Shown one piece after another: positions 52,156 to 60,157 of a DNA stretch of 64,000 bases. Below the pieces are notes generated by a model, which saw only the letters and a program-made list of their open reading frames with translations, was not told the DNA's origin and ran no database searches. The first letter of the stretch is position 1; the number at the start of each line of letters is the position of its first letter. A program made the position numbers and the translations under genes. This DNA is from a virus, in IMG/VR virus record IMGVR_UViG_3300042868_011225, positions 32,001 through 96,000 of that record, one strand, 5' to 3'.

Positions 52156-53730
52156 ATGGATAAAAAAATAATAAAAAATCAATTGAATGCTAGATTCTTA
52201 AACGAAGAAAGCACTCCTGGTATTGATGTAACCAAAAAAGTCAACAAAGAATCTGGAAAGATTAATAAGACTGCGGTTAAAGACATGGACAAGGGAGCTG
52301 CTGACTATGAAAAAGCTATCGTGAAAACTGATAAATCAACCAAAATGCCAACTAATAAATTCAACTACAACAATGATGCTGAAAAAGTTTATCATGATGA
52401 AATGGAAATTAGAAATGGCCAAGAAATGATTCAATATGATAGAGACCCAAACAAAGAATTTAAAGATAGAGCTGAAGAAGCTATTGCTGGTAGTTCTAGA
52501 ATGGGTAACAACCCAGAATGGGCAAATGTTGTTGCAAAAGGACAAGGTGGTGACCCTGAATTTGGTAAAAACTTAGTTAAAACCATCAAAGCTGCTACCA
52601 AAAAAAGACAAGATGCTGAATATGCAGTAATGAGCTTTGGTGATGATATTGAGACTCTTCCTAAAGGTACTAAACCAATGTCTAGACATGGTGCTTTATC
52701 TGAAGGTGAATTAGAAAAAGCTAGTAAAGATATTGAAAGTGGAAAACCATATGGTACTGAAGACGAATACGAATTTAACAATAGCGATGATGCTAAAGAA
52801 CCATCAAAAGAAGAAAATAATAATAATAAACCAAAAATAAAAGAAGGAATGAAAAGACTTAATTTCAAAAAAGAATTCAATGGTGTTGGAAACGCATTGA
52901 AAATGATACCTGAATCATACAAAGTAGACAACAAAGTCTTCGAAATGACTGATGGTAATGAATCATACAAAATCCGTTGGGAAGGTACACTTTCTGAAGG
53001 TAAAGCAACTATATTAACTGCATCAAACAAAACTATGGTTAATGAAGATATGCAAAAAATGAAACACCTTATGGGTTATAAATCTGAGAAAACTCTTGGT
53101 CTTGTAAAAGGAAATGCTAGACTTGATGAAAATGTAATTTTCACTGATATCTATGCTAAAACTAAAGCTCTTTTAGAAGGTGAAGATATTGATGGTCAAA
53201 CAGCACCAGAAGGTAATTTGGAAGACATCAAAAAGAAATCAAAAGAAGCAACTAAACACGTTGAAGGTACTACTTCTACTGATAAAGGAACACAAGCTCC
53301 AAAACCTAAAACAGGTAACTTTGAAGAAGTTAAGAAATCAGCTCCAGAAGCAACTAAACATGTAGAAGGTTCTGCATCAACAGACAAAGGAACACAAGCT
53401 CCAAAACCTAAAACAGGTGCATGGGATGATATTAAAACATCAGCTCCAGAAGCAACTAAACACGTTAAAGAAGGTGTTGAAAGTGAAGGAATGGGATTAG
53501 GTGACCAATCAGAAGGTGAAGGCGAATGGGACCAAATAGATGTACCACAAGCAGCTGCTCATGGGAATCCATCAAGTACTACTTATGCTCCAGCACCAAA
53601 AACAGGTGAATGGGATAAAGCAAAACCAGCACATGCTGCAGATGCTAAAAAACACATAAGTATGAACGAAGGTATTACCTTAGGTGGTATTTTATTCGAA
53701 CCAATCGAATTAAAAAAAAAAGTAAACTAG
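52156..53730 (+). CDS. Putative internal head protein with 34-aa tandem repeats
   Basis: GATATTTATA upstream; EATKHVEG..DKGTQAPKPKTG repeats; ends just after an A10 run. Confidence 0.6.
   Translation: MDKKIIKNQLNARFLNEESTPGIDVTKKVNKESGKINKTAVKDMDKGAADYEKAIVKTDKSTKMPTNKFNYNNDAEKVYHDEMEIRNGQEMIQYDRDPNKEFKDRAEEAIAGSSRMGNNPEWANVVAKGQGGDPEFGKNLVKTIKAATKKRQDAEYAVMSFGDDIETLPKGTKPMSRHGALSEGELEKASKDIESGKPYGTEDEYEFNNSDDAKEPSKEENNNNKPKIKEGMKRLNFKKEFNGVGNALKMIPESYKVDNKVFEMTDGNESYKIRWEGTLSEGKATILTASNKTMVNEDMQKMKHLMGYKSEKTLGLVKGNARLDENVIFTDIYAKTKALLEGEDIDGQTAPEGNLEDIKKKSKEATKHVEGTTSTDKGTQAPKPKTGNFEEVKKSAPEATKHVEGSASTDKGTQAPKPKTGAWDDIKTSAPEATKHVKEGVESEGMGLGDQSEGEGEWDQIDVPQAAAHGNPSSTTYAPAPKTGEWDKAKPAHAADAKKHISMNEGITLGGILFEPIELKKKVN
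53245..53472 (+). repeat. 102-bp coding tandem repeat, ~2.2 copies
   Basis: GAAGCAACTAAACA starts at 53245, 53347 and 53449. Confidence 0.9.
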
Positions 53731-53744
53731 TTAACGAAAACTGG

Positions 53745-54092
53745 ATGGAAGAAGATATGTACAATGAAGGTATGTATGAAGAAGGTTATGGTGATGATAA
53801 TGTATTAAACAAGTTAGCTCCAGAAGATAGAGAAGAGAAATTAAAAACTCAACCTGTATATTCTGAGGAAGAAGATAAAGAAGATGACTTATTTCGTAAA
53901 TTTTTCATTACTAGATTTGAAAGACAACCAGAGCAAGACCCTGGTTATTTTGAAACATGGAAAGAAAGATTAAGCAAACCTAACCCAGAAGGATACATGG
54001 ATTCTAAAAGTAAAGAAGTTTGGGATATGTTAAAACGTCAAGACAGTGATAGATTTATCGATTCTGTTCCTTTTCCACCACACGGATACTAA
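53745..54092 (+). CDS. Acidic hypothetical protein, possible -1 frameshift extension of 52156-53730
   Basis: Its frame is open upstream through the A10 run (..KKKSKLVNENW-MEE). Confidence 0.6.
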   Translation: MEEDMYNEGMYEEGYGDDNVLNKLAPEDREEKLKTQPVYSEEEDKEDDLFRKFFITRFERQPEQDPGYFETWKERLSKPNPEGYMDSKSKEVWDMLKRQDSDRFIDSVPFPPHGY

Positions 54093-54102
54093 TATTATAA
54101 AT

Positions 54103-54134
54103 AAAAAAAGCTACTCATTCGGGTAGCTTTTTTT
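54103..54134 (+). terminator. Rho-independent terminator
   Basis: AAAAAAAGCTACTC-ATTC-GGGTAGCTTTTTTT. Confidence 0.85.
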
Positions 54135-54195
54135 ATTTATAAGATATTTATTAAATGAATAATAATAATAATAATAACTTTTTAAAACAAAAACT

Positions 54196-54810
54196 ATGAG
54201 TTTATCAAAATTACAAGAAAAAATAGGTGTAACTGCTGATGGGGCTTTTGGACCTGCAACACTTAAAGCTGCAATGGCTTACTACAAATTAACACCAGCT
54301 AGGGCTGCACATTTCTTTGCACAGTGTGGACATGAAACAGGTGATTTTAAAGTATTTACTGAAAATCTTAACTACTCAGCAAAAGGATTACAAGGTATCT
54401 TTGGAAAATATTTCCCAGGGAACTTAGAAGAGTCTTATGCTCGTCAACCAGAGAAAATAGCATCTAGAGTTTATGCTTCTAGAATGGGTAATGGGGATGA
54501 AGCTTCAAAAGATGGATATAAATTCCGTGGTAGAGGTGCAATCCAATTAACTGGTAAAGATAACTATAAACAATTTTCTGAAAGTCTTAAAAGACCTGAT
54601 ATATTAACAAATCCTGATATTGTAGCTACTGAATTATCTTTTGAATCTGCAAAATTTTTCTTTGACAAAAATAAATTATGGTCAATCTGTGATTTAGGAG
54701 TTAACGATGCTTCAATATTAGCATTAACTAAAAGAGTTAACGGTGGTACACACGGTTTAGAAGATAGAGCAGCAAAAACTAAAAAGTACTACGGTTGGTT
54801 AACAGCTTAA
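54196..54810 (+). CDS. Endolysin, glycoside hydrolase family 19 with short PG-binding N-terminus
   Basis: LQEKIGVTADGAFGPAT; AHFFAQCGHET, ENLNYS, FRGRGAIQLTGKDNY, TKRVNGG..GLEDR. Confidence 0.9.
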   Translation: MSLSKLQEKIGVTADGAFGPATLKAAMAYYKLTPARAAHFFAQCGHETGDFKVFTENLNYSAKGLQGIFGKYFPGNLEESYARQPEKIASRVYASRMGNGDEASKDGYKFRGRGAIQLTGKDNYKQFSESLKRPDILTNPDIVATELSFESAKFFFDKNKLWSICDLGVNDASILALTKRVNGGTHGLEDRAAKTKKYYGWLTA

Positions 54811-54859
54811 CTATTTATTTTTTGATTCTTTTAAGTATAATTATAAAAAAGAATAATTA

Positions 54860-55327
54860 ATGAATAAATTTAACAAAAGTAGTTTCTTGGGTTACATCAA
54901 CAATCCAATTACCAAAGAGGATATGATGTTATTCTACAAAGAAAACAACATTAAATATGAGAAGTGCGAATTATATAGTGATTTCGCACTTTCTCTTATT
55001 ATGACTATTTTTGATACTTATATGGGTGACGATGTTACCTCGTTGGATGACCAATTCAAACACTTCGAATGGGCATGGCAAAAAACAATACTTAATTTTG
55101 TTGAAGAAGGTTTAGATTTTGAAGGTAATCTTTTATATGAATATTTCTTAGAATTTATGCTGGAAGTTTATTACCCAATAGTAAACAAGAACGAAATAAC
55201 AATTGACAAAAAAATATCTAAATTATGGTTGGATATTTTTGATTATCATAGAATTAAAACTAATTCTGATATAGATGCATTAATAGAAATCTACGCTATT
55301 TTTGAAAAATCGTTAAAAATCATATAA
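54860..55327 (+). CDS. Hypothetical protein
   Basis: 155-aa ORF. Confidence 0.65.
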   Translation: MNKFNKSSFLGYINNPITKEDMMLFYKENNIKYEKCELYSDFALSLIMTIFDTYMGDDVTSLDDQFKHFEWAWQKTILNFVEEGLDFEGNLLYEYFLEFMLEVYYPIVNKNEITIDKKISKLWLDIFDYHRIKTNSDIDALIEIYAIFEKSLKII

Positions 55328-55379
55328 AAAAAACCCTTTTACTATTTAGTTTTATAAAATATGTATTAGTTTTACAATT

Positions 55380-55604
55380 ATGGGAACAAATAGATTTATG
55401 CAAATTATGGTTATGGAGTTAACTTCAGATATTCTAAAAGCAGAAGAAGCTTTGGAAAAAACCATTAACTCTGACGATGTGTTAGATATCAAAATAATTA
55501 ATGCTAAGCATCAATTAACAAACTTGTTAGTTGCTGAAAATAAATTAGCAAAATTTAATAGTATGTTTACTTCGGAAGACACAAACAATAACAATAACAA
55601 TTAA
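55380..55604 (+). CDS. Small helical hypothetical protein
   Basis: 74-aa ORF. Confidence 0.55.
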   Translation: MGTNRFMQIMVMELTSDILKAEEALEKTINSDDVLDIKIINAKHQLTNLLVAENKLAKFNSMFTSEDTNNNNNN

Positions 55605-55617
55605 AAAAAAAGAAAAA

Positions 55618-55788
55618 ATGGAAAATTTTAATGATTTAAAAGCATTAGTAGCTAGTATGGAAGAAGACGTAACGAAATTTTACGAAAAAGACAATAAAGC
55701 TGCAGGTGTAAGAGTTAGAAAAGCCTTACAAGAAATTAAAGGACTTGCTCAAACAATGAGAAACGAAGTTTCAGCTAAAAATAAATAA
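55618..55788 (+). CDS. Histone H1-like Hc1-family small protein (absent from ORF track)
   Basis: Hand translation MENFNDLKALVASMEEDVTKFYEKDNKAAGVRVRKALQEIKGLAQTMRNEVSAKNK; NKAAGxRxRK motif. Confidence 0.8.
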   Translation: MENFNDLKALVASMEEDVTKFYEKDNKAAGVRVRKALQEIKGLAQTMRNEVSAKNK

Positions 55789-55797
55789 AAAAATATT

Positions 55798-56013
55798 ATG
55801 TTAATAGAAATATCTAATAAAATTTTGATGATTTGTTTCTTTTTGTCTTGTCTAACAACACTTAGACATGGTTATTATTTTATTCAAACATTCTTATCAT
55901 CCACTGAGGAAACACCAGTTAAGTACAGAATTTCAAAAATATCTTTAATTTTATTGGGTATTTCTATTGCGTATATTTTATCAACTTTATTTACAGGTAT
56001 AACACTAAAATAA
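55798..56013 (+). CDS. Small two-TM membrane protein (holin candidate)
   Basis: Two hydrophobic segments in 71 aa. Confidence 0.5.
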   Translation: MLIEISNKILMICFFLSCLTTLRHGYYFIQTFLSSTEETPVKYRISKISLILLGISIAYILSTLFTGITLK

Positions 56014-56022
56014 AAAATAACT

Positions 56023-56793
56023 ATGAATATACAAAAGACTCTTGATTCACTTCAACCGTATGTAATTGGGATTCGATACTTAGAGGGAACTCCTTTAGTT
56101 GATGTCGTTTTTAAAGAAGGTTGGAATGTCCCAGAAGACCCAAAAATCAAAAAGATTAAGGGTAATGATGATATGAATTATTTCATGTTGTTGAGTGAAA
56201 TTCCTGGTGTTGGTCTTGATGAATTATTAGCTTTTGTTGAAAAAACAATTAAGCTTAATATTGAAAGAGAAAAGAAACATGATTTACTCAAGGTTAAATT
56301 TGCTGAATTAAAAGAAGTCTTTAAAGGGACATCTCTAGAAAAGCTTAAAAACCTAAAATTTGTATTTGGTGAAGAAGATTTGGTTCCACCATTAAATGAA
56401 TTTGATATGGATGATTTTGATGAAGAAGAATTACTACCACAACCCCTACCACCAGAAAGTTTAGTTCCAGAAGAATATAACGTTTATGATGAATACGAAG
56501 AAGCCGAATCAACTCCAATCAGTGTTGACCATGCAGCGTATTTAGATGAAAATGGTAACCCAATTGAACTAACTGAAGATGATATGGAATTATTAGCTGA
56601 AGAAGCTAGAGCTGAAAAAAATCGTCAATACCTAGATAGTAAAAACAAAAAAACTACTACTAAAAAAATTGCAAATAAAGTGGAACTTCCACCAAAACGT
56701 AAACCAGTGCTAGAAACAACTCTTGATTACGGTGCTGATTGCGAATGTGGGCCAGATGAAGCTTGTGATAAGTGTATCGATTCAAAATACTAA
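56023..56793 (+). CDS. Hypothetical protein with acidic region and Cys-rich tail
   Basis: C-terminal CECGPDEACDKC. Confidence 0.65.
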   Translation: MNIQKTLDSLQPYVIGIRYLEGTPLVDVVFKEGWNVPEDPKIKKIKGNDDMNYFMLLSEIPGVGLDELLAFVEKTIKLNIEREKKHDLLKVKFAELKEVFKGTSLEKLKNLKFVFGEEDLVPPLNEFDMDDFDEEELLPQPLPPESLVPEEYNVYDEYEEAESTPISVDHAAYLDENGNPIELTEDDMELLAEEARAEKNRQYLDSKNKKTTTKKIANKVELPPKRKPVLETTLDYGADCECGPDEACDKCIDSKY

Positions 56794-56795
56794 AC

Positions 56796-56826
56796 AAAAA
56801 AAGAGCCTTTTTAAGGGCTCTTTTTT
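56796..56826. terminator. Bidirectional terminator
   Basis: A7-GAGCCTT..AAGGGCTC-T6 between convergent genes. Confidence 0.8.
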
Positions 56827-56848
56827 ATTTAAGGGTATTAGTATGTTA

Positions 56849-57181
56849 TTAATCGTTTGAAATCGATTCTAAAGCTTCCTGTAGCGTGTGGATTAACCAA
56901 ACACCACCAGTTGAAACCAAACCATTCATAAAAATCATTAACCATGGTAAAGTAATAGCACCCATAGGTGTTAAACTAGAAAAACCAAAGTAATAAAGAA
57001 TACCAGATACCGCAAATCCCATCCATGTACCTAAACACATAAAACATGTGAATAATTTGTACAAACTGTAACCACCAGTACCAAATTTTGCTAAGAAATC
57101 TCTATATCCTTGGAATAGAGAACCATAAATTAAATTGTTACATGCTCCGTAACAAATAAGGATAAAAATAAGTGTTGTCAT
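56849..57181 (-). CDS. DUF1360-like membrane protein
   Basis: KLFTCFMCLGTW (CxxC..W) among hydrophobic helices. Confidence 0.7.
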   Translation of the reverse strand: MTTLIFILICYGACNNLIYGSLFQGYRDFLAKFGTGGYSLYKLFTCFMCLGTWMGFAVSGILYYFGFSSLTPMGAITLPWLMIFMNGLVSTGGVWLIHTLQEALESISND

Positions 57182-57276
57182 AATTTTTATTCAAATATAC
57201 GGTTTATAATGCCATTTGTAAATATTTATATTGACAAAACGGTTTTTTTCCTTATATTTATAAAAAAAAATAAACT

Positions 57277-57504
57277 ATGTTAATAACAAATAAAGATGAG
57301 TTAAGCTTAGAGATTAAAGAAACTCAGAAAGAAAAAGTTTTGATGGCTCAAAACAACGATAAAAGAAAAAGAGAACTAATCACTGAGATAAAAACAGGGT
57401 TAGGTGAAGAAATTAAAAAAAATCCAGGTAGAGCCAAAATAATCAAAAAAACCAGACGTGAGAAATTCATGATATGGTTAAAGAAAATATTTACTAAATT
57501 TTAA
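57277..57504 (+). CDS. Hypothetical basic protein
   Basis: 75-aa ORF. Confidence 0.6.
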   Translation: MLITNKDELSLEIKETQKEKVLMAQNNDKRKRELITEIKTGLGEEIKKNPGRAKIIKKTRREKFMIWLKKIFTKF

Positions 57505-57505
57505 T

Positions 57506-57736
57506 ATGACATACGATAAACTAATAGAAACTGTTTCCCTAATACTAGAGAACGACAATATACACAAAGATGGGTTAACATTAACTTATGTATTAACACC
57601 TAAAAAACATAAAACAATGAATGAACAATTATTTTATAAAACAAACCCACCAAACGTTAATATGATACTAACTGATGAATTTGAAGTTGAAATTGAAGGT
57701 ATCATAATCAAATTCATAAAAAAAGAGGAAGAATAG
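57506..57736 (+). CDS. Hypothetical protein
   Basis: 76-aa ORF. Confidence 0.6.
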   Translation: MTYDKLIETVSLILENDNIHKDGLTLTYVLTPKKHKTMNEQLFYKTNPPNVNMILTDEFEVEIEGIIIKFIKKEEE

Positions 57737-57766
57737 TTGTTAATTTAGAATCTTTACGTAACTTTG
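57737..57766 (+). promoter_or_regulatory. Bacteroidetes-type promoter TTG-N19-TAACTTTG
   Basis: Directly before the RNase HII ATG. Confidence 0.65.
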
Positions 57767-57770
57767 CAAA

Positions 57771-58376
57771 ATGAAAGACAATAAAATTCTAGAATATGCA
57801 CCAGCAAAATACACTGATTTAGACTATATAGTAGGTTTAGATGAAGTGGGTAGAGGCTGCGGAGCTGGTCCAGTGGTTACAGCTGCGGTTATACTACCAA
57901 AAGGGTTTTCTTCTCCATTATTACGTGATTCTAAAAAACTAACCGAAAAACAACGCAACACAGCATATCAACTTATCTTAGATAATGCTATTTCTATTGT
58001 TTGTCATGCTGGTTCAGTTACAGACATAAATGAACTTGGTATAAATGCCGCCACGTTCAAAACTATGCATAGATGTTTAGATGATTTAACCACAACACCT
58101 GAACACATATTAGTTGATGGAATCGTATGGGAAGAATACAATGATATTCCAGTTACAAAGGTTCCTAAGGGTGATGACACTTATATGTGTATTGCGGCAG
58201 CTGCTATTATTGCAAAAGTAAGACGTGATGAGTATATGGTTAAGCTTCATGAATTGTATCCAATATATGATTGGGATAGCAATAAAGGGTATTTATCACC
58301 AGCACACATTGCTTCAATTAAAGAAAATGGTGTATGTAAGTACCATAGAAATCAATACGTTAGAAATTTTATTTAA
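57771..58376 (+). CDS. rnhB: Ribonuclease HII
   Basis: GLDEVGRG..AGPV, DSKKL, LVDG, KGD..IAAA.I.AKV.RD, NKGY..H. Confidence 0.95.
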   Translation: MKDNKILEYAPAKYTDLDYIVGLDEVGRGCGAGPVVTAAVILPKGFSSPLLRDSKKLTEKQRNTAYQLILDNAISIVCHAGSVTDINELGINAATFKTMHRCLDDLTTTPEHILVDGIVWEEYNDIPVTKVPKGDDTYMCIAAAAIIAKVRRDEYMVKLHELYPIYDWDSNKGYLSPAHIASIKENGVCKYHRNQYVRNFI

Positions 58377-58393
58377 ATTTTTTTAAAAAAAAC

Positions 58394-58424
58394 TTGGTAT
58401 TAGAATATAAATGTAGTAGATTTG
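58394..58424 (+). promoter_or_regulatory. Bacteroidetes-type promoter TTG-N20-TAGATTTG
   Basis: Upstream of ATG 58462. Confidence 0.7.
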
Positions 58425-58461
58425 CACTCAATTAAAAACAAAGATTAAAAAATTAAACGTT

Positions 58462-59901
58462 ATGAAAAATTCATTATTATCTGCTATGCAAACAAAAGAT
58501 TCACAAACTGAAAACGGTATGGTTACTAACTCGTCATCATTAAACCACTGTGTAGATTTATTCTTCCAGATTGGAGCAATGAGAGGAGCTGACAAAACTC
58601 GTCTTATAAATGTGTTTACGAAAGCATTTGGAGAAAATCCATTGACTGCCATGCGTTTATTATTTTGGGCGAGAGATGTACGTGGTGGTGCTGGTGAAAG
58701 ACAAATCTTTAAAGATATTATTTCTTACTTGGCTGAAAACCGTACAGAAACTCTTGGTAAAAACTTACACCTTATTTCAGAGTTCGGTAGATGGGATGAT
58801 ATGTTAGTATTGTTCGGTACTCCATTGGAGAGCCAAGCATTAGCATTAATCACTGAAGCTTTGAACGCTAAAAATGGTTTAACAGCAAAATGGATGCCAC
58901 GTCCAAACGTAGCAAACCGTGATGCTAAAAGACAAGCCAACACGCTTAGAAAACACTTAGGTTTATCTCCAAAGGATTACCGTAAGTTACTTGTTGAAAA
59001 CTCTAACACAGTTGAGCAATTGATGTGTGCTAGAGAATGGTCTAAAATTGAATACTCTAAATTGCCTTCAAAAGCAATGAGTGATTTGATGAAAGCCTTT
59101 TCTAAAAACGACTTAGCTCGTTTCCAAGAATACTTGGGAAGTGTTGAAAAAGGTGAGGCTAAAATCAATGCTGGTGCTTTGTACCCATATGATGTCATCA
59201 AAAACCTTAACCAAAACAACGTGAAAGGGGCTAACGCTCAATGGAACGCATTGCCAAACTTCTTGGAGTCTAACAATGAAAGATTCCTTCCAGTTGTTGA
59301 CGTTTCTGGTTCAATGTCATGTCCTGCAGGGACATCACAAACCGTTACTTGTATGGATGTAGCAATCTCATTGGGATTATACATTTCTGAAAGAAACGTA
59401 GGTGCATTTCAAGATGCATTTATTACTTTCTCGAACAATCCACAATTACAAATCCTTAAAGGTTCTCTTTCTGAAAGATACAATCAATTGCAAAGAGCTG
59501 CATGGGATATGTCAACCAACGTTGAAGCGGTATTCAAGTTAATCTTGAAAAAAGCTGTGGACAACAATGTTCAAGAAAGTGAAATGCCAACAATGATTCT
59601 TATCCTTTCGGATATGGAATTCAATGCTGGTACTAGAGGAAATTGGAACTCTACTGCTCAAGAAATGTTCGAAAGAATGTACGCTGAAGCAGGTTATGTG
59701 ATGCCAAAAATTGTTTACTGGAATATCCATTCTAGAAGCGACTCTAACAAACCAGTTCAATTCGACAAGAATGGGACTGCGTTGGTGTCTGGATTCTCAC
59801 CTTCATTACTAACTAACTTGTTAGGTGGTAAAGAAATGACTCCATACTCAATGATGATGAATGTAATCGATTCAGAGCGTTACGCTGCGATTACAGTTTA
59901 A
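58462..59901 (+). CDS. DUF2828-type TROVE-like/vWA protein
   Basis: TENG, DLFF, WARDVRGGAGER, FGRWDD, AKWMPR, INAGALYPYD, MIDAS DVSGSM, LSDMEF, IVYWN, LVSGFS. Confidence 0.8.
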   Translation: MKNSLLSAMQTKDSQTENGMVTNSSSLNHCVDLFFQIGAMRGADKTRLINVFTKAFGENPLTAMRLLFWARDVRGGAGERQIFKDIISYLAENRTETLGKNLHLISEFGRWDDMLVLFGTPLESQALALITEALNAKNGLTAKWMPRPNVANRDAKRQANTLRKHLGLSPKDYRKLLVENSNTVEQLMCAREWSKIEYSKLPSKAMSDLMKAFSKNDLARFQEYLGSVEKGEAKINAGALYPYDVIKNLNQNNVKGANAQWNALPNFLESNNERFLPVVDVSGSMSCPAGTSQTVTCMDVAISLGLYISERNVGAFQDAFITFSNNPQLQILKGSLSERYNQLQRAAWDMSTNVEAVFKLILKKAVDNNVQESEMPTMILILSDMEFNAGTRGNWNSTAQEMFERMYAEAGYVMPKIVYWNIHSRSDSNKPVQFDKNGTALVSGFSPSLLTNLLGGKEMTPYSMMMNVIDSERYAAITV

Positions 59902-59904
59902 AAA

Positions 59905-60157
59905 ATAGTAGGTGCGTGGGCGTGTGTATACGAGTCCATGGTAAATGTGTCAAGACAGCCTGTTATAATATATTTGTTCAAAAAGATAAGTGCTGCAACC
60001 AAACACACAAAAACAATTATCTAACTTAAGCAACGTAGGAACCCAATCCTCTAACAATTTTATTTAATGGGAAAACTTCTCAACAGGGTTATTGAAGTAA
60101 ATGCCCCCCTATCTTGGAACAAAGAAAAAAGAAACTCACAGAAATGTGGGTTTTTTT
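59905..60157 (+). ncRNA. Putative structured non-coding RNA(s) downstream of the TROVE-like gene
   Basis: Region without a listed ORF, locally GC-richer, with a multi-stem element (59905-59966), end-to-end pairing (59973-59988 with 60110-60123) and a terminator. Confidence 0.45.
60132..60157 (+). terminator. Rho-independent terminator
   Basis: AAACTCACA-GAAA-TGTGGGTTT plus T run. Confidence 0.8.

Noticed and set aside
53245-53472. CRISPR array or DGR template
   Set aside because: The repeats are in-frame 102-bp coding units without unique spacers; no cas or reverse transcriptase gene is present
59946-59976. Dedicated promoter for the putative ncRNA (TATATTTG at 59969)
   Set aside because: It matches the -7 box but lacks the TTG at 19-21 nt and the preceding G seen in the other promoters; not called
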